64,000 nucleotides of DNA from Mayamaea pseudoterrestris (taxonomy: Eukaryota), in the NCBI GenBank assembly GCA_027923505.1, contig BROI01000002.1:806001-870000 (forward strand), given 5' to 3'. The notes beneath the pieces are model-generated. The model was not told where the DNA came from. It made no database searches and saw only the letters and a list, made by a program, of their open reading frames with translations. Position numbers and translations under genes: made by a program. Numbering within the stretch: position 1 is the first letter of the stretch; the number at the start of each line of letters is the position of its first letter. Below are positions 1-11,261 of this stretch, piece by piece.

Positions 1-1645
1 TTCTTCTCGGCTGCAACCTCCTCCGTTGGTGCGATGGACTTGTTGGTAATGGTCATGCTACAATATCTGGCCATGGTGAGGTAGAATTTAGGTCGCTAAT
101 GAGGTCGTTGTAGCGGGCGTAAGCTTTGTGGAGGTTTGTTATGATGTACTGGATCGCGTGGTGCGTGAGGTTGCACCTCCGTCTGCTTCCGATCCTCGCA
201 GAGGAAGTTGGTCCCGAAAGAACGCGTGCGTCAGGCTGAGATATTCCGACTGTGACGCTTTTAGTAGTCATCGGAATTCTCAACATAGACTTATGCCTCG
301 TCTGGACAGTTGCTTCCATTGTCTACATTGAAGCTGAATAAGAAGGGAGTGACAGGCCCAACCAAATATCATTCATTTCTGATTGATTGAGGTCGAGGGC
401 AATTGAAAACATAAATGACCTTGACAAACTGGCAAAGTTGTTGCGCAATTACATCCCGGTTTTGGATCAACGCAAATGCAGCTACAGCGGTACATAGAGA
501 TACTTCCCCCTACTCGAACTTCTCATTGATAGTGCGAAGCAAGGAGGAGTGAGATGCATATGCAAGTGCCATTGCATATCCGTGATGCCGCTTTATCCGA
601 GAGAAGAAGGACCTGAGCCATCGATCTAGAAGCTGCAAGGATGCATTTTAAAATATGACGCACGAGAGCTATGGATCAAGACAAATACAATCTAGAAATA
701 ATGCTGGCATACGGTAAGAGCCTATTTAAAGAATACTCCTTTACTGCAAAGATTATGCAATAACCAACCGAGCGCTGTCTTTGTTGCCCTCACGCACTCA
801 CGCATGCCGCGGCAATATATTGAAATGTGAGGTAAACTGAGAACAAGCAGAAAAATAAAGCATGAGTAGACTACAAATGCATGTTCACCGCGATAAACGT
901 AGTGATCAAGAAAACACTCGGACATCCAAGGAAGTTGTTTTGCTCCAGGGGACGTTGCCCGTCAGCGAATACTGCAAACGTTTATGGGAAGTTCATCATC
1001 ATTGTGTTCAATAGCAACAATCTTGTTGTCTTGGTTAATTCTTACCTTGCGAGAAAAAGGTCTTGGTTATTGATGCTTGCAATGGAACGAAACATCTGAC
1101 ACTCGGTGCGGCAGCGGCAGTGCGGTGAACAGGTAGCTGCCGTGCGGCGACAAGCGTCTGGCCAGTAACGTCGCGTCCAACATCAATCGTTATGGCGTAG
1201 GAGTGATCCTCAATTAAAAATCGGAGCCCGCGTGCCGAGTGAAAAGGTGCTCTTGCTCGCTGTGGGTCGAGTTTTGAGCAAGCCAAATCATTTGCTTGCC
1301 GCACGGGATCAGCTCATCGAGTGCAAGCGTGAAGTCCCTGGTGGCCAGTGAACGATTGTCACTTCATATTTCAGCTTTTGCATCGAATCTGTGCAATGGA
1401 TGGTGTAGTGTACACAGGATTGTTGCGAGATGCGAGATGTGAGGTGATTCATATCGGATGCGATGCGCAACATTCGATGGATGTGCGTGGCTGTCGCAGC
1501 ACGACTGAATCTTTTAAGCGCGATCTTGACGTCGCAGCAACGTCAGCGGCGCGGCGGATGGTGACCATGACGAAGAAGCGAGAGCTTGATCGGCAGACAC
1601 CGACACGCCATTATAGTCACGTATTGTACCCTTGGCAGCGCAACA

Positions 1646-2458
1646 ATGAAGATGCTAATTACTATAATGCTCCTTATGGGCTCCTGCGCGGCATGGTCAT
1701 CATCACCGTCGCGTCGGTCGTTTCTCGATCAAGTCGCCGCGTCAACGACAGCCATTGTCGGTGGCATGTCCTTGGCGGCGACCAACAATCTGCAACCGGC
1801 CATCGCCGTCAGCGGCTTGAACAAGGTCAATGCTCGTTTGGCTGGATTCGGGCTGGTGCCGTATGAAGGCCTTCCGGATGGATTCACGGTGCTTTCCGAA
1901 ATTTGGGGACGAGGAAAGAACCGATTTCCATTGCTGGTATCCTTTGCCCATCCCATAACGTGGGTCGTGACGCTTCCAAGCAACAATGTCAATGGAGAGG
2001 ACGGAACTGTACAAGCGGGTGACTACAACAAGGGAGACACTGCTACGCTATACGTTTACTCGGAACCCGGACACGTTGGCAGTATTGCTTCGGCGCCCAA
2101 GGAACTCTTTGAAAAGGCACTCATTAAGAGCATTTCACAAAAGGGCGACAACATTTACCAAAACTTCAAGATCACCAAGCTAACGCCAGAAACGATTGGA
2201 AAGCAGGAGTACATGCGAGCTGACTTCAAGTACACGCTACTGACCGGCGCGGGTTTCGAGGTCGATCGCAAGGGTTTTGCCAGCATTACTTCGGAAGGAC
2301 CAGCCGTGGAAGTCCTTTGGACGGCAACGATTGAGTCGCGGTTCAAGAAAATGGAACCAGTGCTAAAGGATATTGTGGCAAGCTTTCGATGCTATGCGGA
2401 TGGCCTCAACTTGTCGGATGACTTGTACGTGGATCCGTCAACGACGAGTGCAGTGTAA
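1646..2458 (+). CDS. PsbP-domain thylakoid lumen protein (probable)
   Basis: ATG at 1646 within ORF 1586..2458. Signal peptide MKMLITIMLLMGSCAA-W, twin-arginine SRRSFL plus hydrophobic stretch ending AIA (Tat lumen signal). The mature region resembles the PsbP/Mog1 fold (F.HP..W, Y.LLTGAGFEVDR, IVASFR). Confidence 0.7.
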   Translation: MKMLITIMLLMGSCAAWSSSPSRRSFLDQVAASTTAIVGGMSLAATNNLQPAIAVSGLNKVNARLAGFGLVPYEGLPDGFTVLSEIWGRGKNRFPLLVSFAHPITWVVTLPSNNVNGEDGTVQAGDYNKGDTATLYVYSEPGHVGSIASAPKELFEKALIKSISQKGDNIYQNFKITKLTPETIGKQEYMRADFKYTLLTGAGFEVDRKGFASITSEGPAVEVLWTATIESRFKKMEPVLKDIVASFRCYADGLNLSDDLYVDPSTTSAV

Positions 2459-2853
2459 GTTTAATTACACGGAACAGAAAATGCTTTATCATTCGCTAAT
2501 TCTAAATTGTAATGTATCATGCAAGTTGTATCGATTTTGGGCTCGATGAACCATAGATCCGCAGCAACTGGGCGTATATGCGACAGCAGAAAGCCGCCAT
2601 AGCATGCCTAAAGGCCACGTACCACGCAACTATACAACTACGGTAGTTGTGCATGCATAAATTCGTCGCGTTGCAACATAGCAAAGTGTGAGCATCTCAG
2701 TTTGATGCGCCCATACATGTGCGGTTGCTAGCAAGCAGATAGCTGGTTATGGATTGCTGGAAGTTTGTCTTTTCATTCGCGCCAGTTGATGCGCTCGAAA
2801 CCACCCATCGCAACGTTTTCATGTTCTTTCAAAACCAGACCAACGATCTGACC

Positions 2854-3450
2854 ATGACCACTGCTGCTGCTGCTGCACCACCCAAGAAGAAAAAGACAAA
2901 GCGTCGTCGCATCAGCAAACATGTGGCAGAGGCAGCCAGGAAGAAAGCTGTAATCGGTGGCGGCGAGAACGAGAAGGTTGCCGCCAAAACCACGGAGCAA
3001 CCGCATGTCGACGCGACAGCTACTACACCTGCCAAGACGGAAGCGGCCAGAGAGAATGAACGCAGCTCAACTCAAGCAATTGCTTATTTAAAGGTCTATA
3101 TAGAATCGAAGAAGGATAAAACGAGCGATAGCAATGACAAAACTGGTGCTTGGAAGTTTAACAAGAATACGCAAACATGGTTGATCAAACACATGTACGA
3201 CGCCGAGATTGTTTCCAAGGCCACATTTTCGTTGCTGCTTGAGTATTTTCATGGATTGGAAGGAAAGACAAAGAGCCGCGTATTGCAGCAAGCGTCCGAA
3301 CGAGTGATAGAATACAAGGAGCATGAGAAGAAACTACAAGAAAAGCAGGGCGATAATTCTGACAGGCAAGCAGAAGAGAATGACGAGGAAAAGACTCGAC
3401 GGAAAGAGTACAAGCGAGCCAGGCAAATAGTGCAACTATTACAAGGATAG
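2854..3450 (+). CDS. WKF-domain protein (C7orf50-like)
   Basis: AIAYL...WKFNKNTQTWLIKHMYD...LLEYFHGLEG motif, Lys-rich N-terminus and RARQIVQLL C-terminus. Start could be 2749, 2821 or 2854. Confidence 0.8.
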   Translation: MTTAAAAAPPKKKKTKRRRISKHVAEAARKKAVIGGGENEKVAAKTTEQPHVDATATTPAKTEAARENERSSTQAIAYLKVYIESKKDKTSDSNDKTGAWKFNKNTQTWLIKHMYDAEIVSKATFSLLLEYFHGLEGKTKSRVLQQASERVIEYKEHEKKLQEKQGDNSDRQAEENDEEKTRRKEYKRARQIVQLLQG

Positions 3451-3567
3451 ATTGCAGGGTGTAGTCTTAATATGTAGTGAGATTATTGATAACATTATCT
3501 CTGGTTGCTTCCTATGAAATTGTCTTGGCGCACGCATTTGAACTTTGCGCGGCCGCGAGCTGCCATT

Positions 3568-4718
3568 TTAGGCCATGGCGCCGTCGACCAAAGCCAACTT
3601 GCATGTTCCGGGGTTCATGCCAGCCTTGGTCATCTTGGTCATGAACAACTGTTCCCATGCGTGGTTGGCAGCGACTTCCGAAACATCGAAAGTAGCCGCA
3701 TCATCTGAGCCGCAGAACTTGCAACCCAACTTGGCAGAGAACTCAATGGCGTAGTCCGTGGTGACCGCATCGTCAGAGCCGCAAAACTTGCAACCAACAG
3801 TCTGCTCTTCTTGAACAATCCAAGCATCATCCGAACCGCAGAACTTGCAACCGTACTTGACAGACTTGGTTTCAGCATTGTCGCTAAATGACAAGCGAGG
3901 CGCCGCCAAAAATATCTCGCTCAACTGCTTGCCTTCCGTCGAGTGAATGGCACCAAAAGAGTCCGCGAGTAACTTGCTGGCAAGTGAAAGGACGCGAACA
4001 GGGGCACTGCTAAAGTCCATCTTGTCGCACTGAACATCAAGGGTAACGGCTTGCTGCTGCGTGTCAAGCTCGTCGTCAGACCCACAGAACTTGCAACCAA
4101 CCTCGATGGCGCGAGGCGCGATGTTAATGCGGCAGTCTTCCGCTTTGCTGAGGGACGCATAAGGTGACAGGGCGAGAATGGCGGTCAACTCTTCCTGCCA
4201 GAGCTCGAGCTTGTCATCGTCAAGAAGGGTAGTATCATCGTCCGAGCCGCAGAACTTGCACTTGAGGTTGTTGTCCGTTCCCTTGGCAACAAAGTAAAGA
4301 CTCTCCATGGCGCTGAGCTCATCGTCCGAGCCGCAGAATTTGCAGCCCGCGCGAAGACCCGTCTTGGGAGTGACCTCCTTTTGCTTGGGAGCAAACGAGA
4401 CGCCATTGGGAGTGGCAGTCACCTTGGCGAGCGACAAGCCATCAGCCTTCTTGTGAACGTTGTTGAACGTCACCTCCAAAGCCTTGGCGCCAAAGGCAAG
4501 TGCCTTGGGAGAGATGTGGTCGAAGTGAATGTTGGCGCAGGAGACCTGAATGTCAAGGTCGGTGACGGGCTGCCAAAATGGAAACGGAACTGTTTCTGTG
4601 AGTGTTTGTGACAAAGTAATTCGTTTCGCTCTCCCATGGCATGTATCTCGCTACTTACCGCATTGTTGGCGTTGGCAAAGGCGCCGAGGACCGAAAAGAG
4701 GGCGAATGAGAGCTTCAT
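3568..4718 (-). CDS. Secreted protein with six CKFCGSDD motifs, paralog A (353 aa, 2 exons)
   Basis: Exon 1 4718-4659 encodes signal peptide MKLSFALFSVLGAFANANNA. GT-AG intron 4658-4570. Exon 2 4569-3568 begins PVTDLDIQVSC. The intron position matches the paralog at 28097. Confidence 0.9.
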
Positions 4719-4760
4719 GGTGGATACGGGATGCGATGATTGTTGAATGTGTTTCGAGGA

Positions 4761-5045
4761 TTGCTCAAATTGGATTTGTGAGCTCGAGTAATGGATGGAA
4801 CGAGAAAGGTGTTCGTGTTTTACTTTGTACCAGACGCGTAGATCTGGCACGGAACAGGACCATGGGTGCTTGTTCTCTGCTTTGGCGGGAGTCCTCGATG
4901 AATCTTGCCCTCTGTCTAAATGCATGTAAAATCGCGATTGGTCCTGCTCGTGAGAATCCTCGCCTTTCCTTCATGGTCATGGTTGGATCGGGGACTCCCG
5001 CATTGCCGCGGTCGATTCGCGCAATCATTTTTGGCGAGAGTCCTC
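4761..5045 (-). promoter_or_regulatory. Upstream region of paralog A with four GAGGACTCCC-like boxes and a conserved 28-bp block
   Basis: Boxes at 4887-4896, 4952-4961, 4990-4999 and 5036-5045. Block 4761-4788 (reverse complement) matches 28033-28060 at 26/28 nt. Confidence 0.55.
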
Positions 5046-5622
5046 GATTTCGATCTGCCCCTCTCCCGCGACCACAACTTCAATGCTTTGACCCCCGCAT
5101 GATGGATATCAATGCCGGCTTCATCTACCCAATGCTTTGCTGTTTAGCTTTGCGATTAAATGTAGCTCTCTATAGAACGCAAGCGAATGATAGAGCGTAT
5201 AAAGCAGAGGAATCTTTATCTGCATTGACAAGGGCGTTACTTGTCGAGCTTACTCTGCGCGATACGGCAATGTCTCTGTATCCTGCTCAATTCTTAAAAA
5301 GCCCACTTGTTGCTTACCACTAGTGTAATGAGATTCCGATCTTCCTTAGGTAAAGCCACCTCGATTAACAGTAAGTTCCGCAATGCAGCACTGCAAATAT
5401 GGATGCGCTCGCCTTCCTCGAAACCAAGCTGCGTCGCGTCGTTTTTTCCAGAACGTCATTCTGTCGCAACACACATTTGCGACATTCGCAAAACCATCAA
5501 ACCACGAGCAGAAGGCGCTTGCACTGCACTTTTCCGGTGCTCCATCAATGCATTCACTCACCTGCATTGTCTTTGTCGTCATTTTATTGCTGTAGTTACA
5601 CAAGGAAGCGCTGTTAGCTAAC

Positions 5623-8330
5623 ATGTCGGCACACTTTGATCCTGACGACGATCGCAAACCGCCTGCTGCAGATGCAAATGCAACTACAGCGAACAGCGAA
5701 CATCATCTCAACGAACATGACCATTGGAGCCGCCTGGTGGAGACAAGTAACAATGTCGCTCCTTCCGATCGAGAAGATACTAGCAGCAACGCTCGCTCCA
5801 CTTTGAATCAGGATGACTTGGATACGGACAGTCGAACGACTGCTGCTGATCACGCTGCTGTCATGCAGCCACCAAGTCACCCCGAACTTACCATGAAGGA
5901 GCGATTGGTCTTGCGGGAACGACAGCGACGCATTGAAACGGAGCGTGCTCGATTGAAGCGTCAATTTGCCTTGAACAATCATGGCATTAGTGAGGAGGAG
6001 GAGGAAGCTGCCTATCATGCATCGGAAACCGACATGCGCGACACGACGAGCGTGGCCGAGGAGTCCACCAAGGCGCATCCGGATGATGAGTCGAATGACG
6101 AGAGTTTTGGATTCAACATGGAACGGTTTTTGCGAAATAGTGACAGCTTTCATCCGCAACTGGAGCCGACAACGGAGGAATTACAACATCACGGCGGCAA
6201 TGGAGGAGAATCTGGTGGAGTGGTCATGGAACGATTTCTTCGATCTGAGCCAATGGTGCAAGACATTGTTGAGAATGGCGAAGATCTTGGTGGACGACAC
6301 TCAATATCCTTCGACGAAGATGATACTGACAGACAAGTCATAGAGAATCAGGACAATCGTCCGACAGAGTCCTTCATGACTTATGGAAATGATACCCAAA
6401 TGTCAATGAACGCGTCGGTGCAAGTGGAAGCCGACGACGATGCGGACGATGCTGACGTCGAACTTGATGGATCGTTTACCCCTTTGGTGATGAACCATCA
6501 AGACTCATCCTTTAATGACGCTCACTCCAACGCTTCGACGGAACCTCGCGTCTTGCGCTTGACTGAAGCCGACATGCAGGAGTTCCATGGCATTGATCAA
6601 GCAAGCATTGGCAATGCTCCTCCATCGGAGCGTGACGCGGAGGAAATTTCGGAGATTGGAGAATTGGCTCACTTTGAACGAGGTGACGGCATTTACCACG
6701 CATCTGGAGTGGAGACACCAACCACGGCGCAGGAATCGGCGTCTATTGTTAGCGGAGGCAACTTTAGCGCGGAGCACAGGACCAGTGCACCAAGCTTGGC
6801 CAGTCTGCAGGCCGCGTCGCATGCGTCATCAGATCGTGATCCAGCAGATTTGTTGAACAATCATAGTGATGGGCATTTGCCTGACGATGTCGGGTCAGTC
6901 GGCTCGATGGTTGATTCAATCAATGAAACGCATCCACCAAGTGTGGCTGCGCGCGAAGACACGGAGAATGGCTTCGTGGTTGATGGCTTGGCTCTCTCAC
7001 AAGATGAAGACGATGATCCTGAATTAAATGTCACTGTCAATGGTGGACCTCTCGATATGCCAATTTACCTTGACGAGGAGGCGGAAGCTGCCATTCATCG
7101 CGCGCTTCGTCCAAGCGTGCCGCCACTTGACTTGCTGCGATCTACATCGCCATTGGTTGACTTTCCAGCATTGAACGAGCCAATTGCTATGACAAGTTTC
7201 GCCGACCACAATGTCGACACTCCATCTTCTCCAGTCGGCAACATTGTTCCAATGGTCAGCTCGTTTCGCAACGCCTCGGACGAGGAACCTTGGTCGCCTG
7301 CTGGCCAAATGCACGTCTCGCCGATTGTAAGTCACAGACAGCGGGGAGTATCACTAAATGGGTTCGAGCGAAACGGGTTGGAATCAGCGCCCCTCTTTTC
7401 GCATGTAGTTGGTACAAACGAGTCAACACCATTGCTACTGCATAGTGACGTGCCGCCGGACATTGTCGTCAAGCGTATGCACTCGGATCCTGGATCTGCA
7501 GGGCTCGCGTGCCCGCCACATGGATGCGGCAATAGGAAATCGATCCAGTCCGCCGTCGACTCGGTCTTTAGCGGCATTCGGTCGGACGACGATTCTGTGA
7601 AGGAGGAAATTAACAACGACTGTGTAAATTACTTGAACAGTTCCATAATCGCAAGAGGTAAGCTGGAGGTGGATTCCAACAGTGCAAACTTCATTCTAAA
7701 AGTATCTCACGCACGCTCTTAACTTTCCGCATAGCTTTCCCTGAACGAATGTTTGCACTGACGGTGACGCTCATCTTTGAGATTCCAGTGCTCCTCATGA
7801 TATCAGGCGGATCAGATCAGCTATGTAGATTGATTGGCCGTTCGCGCTACCAACTGTTAATTGGCTTTCTACCATTGACATCCGCAATTTCTGGCAACGT
7901 TGGCCTCCAAGCTAGTACGCTGACAACTCGCGCGATTAGTCATAACCACGTGACACCAAAGTCGTGGTGGAGCTGGTTGGTGCAAGAAGTTGGAGCCGCA
8001 TGTTATCTGGGACTTGGTATGGGCTTACTTCTGGGTACAATAAGCTTTATTGCATCGGGGCAAGACTATGGGTTTGCTCTTACGATATTTACGGCTCAGT
8101 TCATTTCCGTTTTAACAGCGGGTATTACAGGAACTTTTGCTCCATTACTGTTCAGCTTCATTTTCAGACGCGACAGCGGAAAATGGGGTGGCCCTCTCGA
8201 GACTGCGATACAGGACATAATTGGCAGCTTTGCAATGATTGTCATCTCGTATCACCTTCTGAGACTTTTTGGGCCCCATGAAATAGCCGCTAATGATATG
8301 TGCGGAAGTGATGAGTACGAAGGAAGTTAA
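5623..8330 (+). CDS. MgtE/SLC41-type divalent cation transporter with long acidic N-terminus (2 exons)
   Basis: Exon 1 5623-7657, intron 7658-7734 (GT..AG, frame restored), exon 2 7735-8330. MgtE membrane motifs PLTSAISGNVGLQASTLTTRAI and GPLETAIQDIIG. Confidence 0.85.
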
Positions 8331-8470
8331 ATGATTTCTTCATAATAGACAACTACTATAACCTCTCACGAATTAACGCTCTGGTGCCTTGACAAATCCA
8401 CTGCCATTGTTCAAAGGGATTTATTGCGAGTACGAGAATTTGATATACAAATATGCATTGTTACTATAAG

Positions 8471-9721
8471 TTAGTTGTCGTTATTGTCCAGCATTGGCAT
8501 CTCCACTTCGTCTGTTCCGACTCCAATCACGCCGCCACGAAAGTCGTCAATGCGAATAAGTATAATGAGCACTGGCTCAATGACAAGCTCAACCTCATGG
8601 TAGCGATACCAAATGGGCCCGAGCGCATCCAGCAGCAAACATCGCGATAGCTTGGACAAGACACGCGATTCATCCGACATGCTCAAGGCGCAACATGTCC
8701 CACACACCATGACCATCAAGTCCCTGTCATGCGAGTGCTGCAACAAGAGACGCACGAGGCAGGAGACCGCCTTGGTTTTCATCACAAGGTGTTGCTTCGC
8801 CTCGCCACTGCCATTGGCCAAGTGCCACAGTATGCCGCACGCCGCCATGAGAGTCGTTGACTCGGTCGCCGTCGGGCGATATGCAACCAAGACTTTGAGC
8901 ACTGGCTCGAGACAATCGAGCATGTGTGCCGATTTGTAGTTGGCAGCCACACACTTGTCAACCAACAGGAAGATCAACTGACACGATAAGCCTGTAATGT
9001 CAACATGCTCATCATGAATGTGCATGACTGTCTTCATGACCGCGAGAATGTCATGGTCAAGGAGTGCCCGGCAAAATTCAAAGTGCTGCTTGCACAAGCT
9101 GAATAGCGAGCTCAGGATGGACAGGACAATCTTGGGTCGAGCCACATGCATGCGAATGGCCATGACAATATGTACGTGAACCTCCTGCATGCCAGTGAAC
9201 AAGCGAGGATGCACCAGCTTGGCCAAGATGGTGATTGCATGAGATTGAATGAATGCATGTTCTGAGAAGGTTTGCATAGCAAGAACAAGAATGTCCACCA
9301 GGTGTGATCGCATGAGACTGCCCTTTAGCTCACCCAGCTGTCGGCGGGACATGCGGAGACGCCAAAACTCATGGCCACGAGTGTTCCGCAACGATCCCGT
9401 CTCGATGCGAACCACGTGCAGCAGTAGATTGCAGCCGAGCTCCTGAACGGCTTGCGAATGCGAAAAGCACAACATCTGATCAAGCACATCTTCAAAGCCT
9501 TCCTCGTTGATGAATGATCGAAAATTTTTCCGGTCCTTGATTGCTCGAAAAGTGTTGGTCAGCTCCTTGATAATGTCATATTCAAGTGACTTGTCGTCTT
9601 GTTCGGCTTCCATACAATGCATCGACACATCAACAGACTCAGTTTCTGAAGAGTTTCTTGTCGCTGCTGCTGCTGCTGATTGGAAGCAAGTCATGCTGTT
9701 GTCTCGTTCCATATAGTGCAT
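8471..9721 (-). CDS. Armadillo-repeat-like helical protein
   Basis: 416-aa ORF with ARM-like units (VQELGCNLL, LVLAMQTF..HAFIQ, AACGILWHLA, VCGTCCALS). Confidence 0.65.
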   Translation of the reverse strand: MHYMERDNSMTCFQSAAAAATRNSSETESVDVSMHCMEAEQDDKSLEYDIIKELTNTFRAIKDRKNFRSFINEEGFEDVLDQMLCFSHSQAVQELGCNLLLHVVRIETGSLRNTRGHEFWRLRMSRRQLGELKGSLMRSHLVDILVLAMQTFSEHAFIQSHAITILAKLVHPRLFTGMQEVHVHIVMAIRMHVARPKIVLSILSSLFSLCKQHFEFCRALLDHDILAVMKTVMHIHDEHVDITGLSCQLIFLLVDKCVAANYKSAHMLDCLEPVLKVLVAYRPTATESTTLMAACGILWHLANGSGEAKQHLVMKTKAVSCLVRLLLQHSHDRDLMVMVCGTCCALSMSDESRVLSKLSRCLLLDALGPIWYRYHEVELVIEPVLIILIRIDDFRGGVIGVGTDEVEMPMLDNNDN

Positions 9722-10052
9722 GCTTTTTTAAAGCGCTTGCAGTGGATGTGAACATGTTGGTGTGAATCAAAACGACCGACGCGAATTCGTGCGCGAGGAA
9801 CACATCCTGCTCGCCCGCAGCGTTCTTGACCCTAGCCTTTCTGAATCACATTCGTTTTCATTCGCAGTTGAAGAACGTCGATCAAGTCCCGCGAGTTGAA
9901 ATTGGTGGCAGCTACTGATGTTATAATGGCAATGTATCTTCATTTGTGCACTAACAAAGTATATTTGAAGTGGAATATGAATTTTAAAAGTGTTTAGGTC
10001 TGTATTATTTCTATTTACATGAAGGTTGAAGGTGTTGCGAGCAAAAGCCCAG

Positions 10053-11054
10053 TCAGGGGCGCAATGTTCGTGCAAGACTTGTTCGGACCCGCACACCTTG
10101 CTCGATCGTTTTAAAGAGCAATCGCTGCTTTCTGCACTTTCGCATATAAACGAAACCAAGTTGATCAAGTTGCGCCATGCGCTCCGCGGTAATATGGCCG
10201 GGCTTGCCTTGCATATACAGTGTATGTTGTCGCCGCTGAGCCTTGCACCAAATCGCGAGTGCAGGATTGTTTGGATAAAGCGTTGGAACGTAACAATGAC
10301 CATGCTCCTTTTGATACTGCTTGAGCTCTTGTAAATGCTCCAACCAGGTGTCCTTTCGAACATCCCAGCAAAAACCAATCGACTCCAACGCTTCAACCCG
10401 ATCCGCCGTCATGAAAGACGGCTTGTTTCGCAAAAAGCGCTGGTAGTGGTAGCGTTGTTGTTTCGCCCAGCGTACAAGAGCTGCATCATTCTTGTAGCTG
10501 GCATCCTTGTTCTTGTAGGCAACGAAACTTTCGAAGAACCATGTCCACTTGTCGGTTTGGTACTTGCGGAAGCGAGGACGATGCGAGGTTACTGTGTCAT
10601 CGCCATTATGAGGTCGTTTCTTGCTAGATCCAGTGTCCATTGTAGAACTAGTTGATGCTTCAGTAGTGACGCTGCTGTCGGAGGAAATGGGATGAATAAT
10701 GTCCCTCGAAATGGAACTGAGAAACAATGTTGGCGGTACCAACAGTGGAGGTTCGAGAATGGGTGTCGTCATGAAAGGATCGCTGTCGTCAAGTCCGTCG
10801 CCAACTTCATGACTCTTGTGGTCGTTCGCAAGTTTGAGTATATCTGGCAGAGTCATGTTCTTGTTCATTGCTGTAGTTGTTGAATGTAGTGGGAGTTGCG
10901 GCGGTGGAAAGCAGTTCTGCATCGAAACACCATTGAAAATTGCCGAGTTGAGCAATGGAAATTGTCCCGTCCATCCAAGGTTGTTCATATACATGACTGT
11001 GTATCCATTCCAGAAGAGTGGGAGCTGCGTGAAAGGAGTCGGGAAAAAGCTCAT
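10053..11054 (-). CDS. Helicase-associated (HA) domain protein
   Basis: Two HA repeats: LVRWAKQQR...RVEALESIGFCW and WLEHLQELKQYQKEHGHCYVP...LAIWCKAQR...RMAQLDQLGF. This family is expanded in diatoms. Confidence 0.85.
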   Translation of the reverse strand: MSFFPTPFTQLPLFWNGYTVMYMNNLGWTGQFPLLNSAIFNGVSMQNCFPPPQLPLHSTTTAMNKNMTLPDILKLANDHKSHEVGDGLDDSDPFMTTPILEPPLLVPPTLFLSSISRDIIHPISSDSSVTTEASTSSTMDTGSSKKRPHNGDDTVTSHRPRFRKYQTDKWTWFFESFVAYKNKDASYKNDAALVRWAKQQRYHYQRFLRNKPSFMTADRVEALESIGFCWDVRKDTWLEHLQELKQYQKEHGHCYVPTLYPNNPALAIWCKAQRRQHTLYMQGKPGHITAERMAQLDQLGFVYMRKCRKQRLLFKTIEQGVRVRTSLARTLRP

Positions 11055-11261
11055 GGTGCCAATGTTCGGTTCATTCGCAAGCCGAATTTGTGAGCGTTTT
11101 CGCGATTCGCGAACGATTCAAGTCGTCATCAAAGCGGCACTCTTTATGTCTGACCGGTACTGGCAACCCGACAATTCCCTCGCGCGCAACTTTTGCCATC
11201 CGTCACCATGAAATTACACACCATAACATCAGCTAAATCAGAGCAGTCTCATGAATAGAGC

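Noticed and set aside
1..1100. Possible gene start at 56 (minus, MTITNKSIAPTEEVAAEK...) and short ORFs
   Set aside because: Too short or cut by the window edge to support a call.
1348..1866. 172-aa ORF overlapping the PsbP-like gene
   Set aside because: Alternative frame with GTG start and no motifs; the frame from 1646 has a clear targeting peptide.
3568..4569. 24-nt repeats with unique spacers as a CRISPR array
   Set aside because: The repeats vary only at synonymous positions, spacing is irregular and in frame, the context is eukaryotic, and no cas genes are present.
4550..5323. 257-aa plus-strand ORF
   Set aside because: Overlaps exon 1, intron and promoter of paralog A on the opposite strand; non-ATG start and no recognisable motifs.
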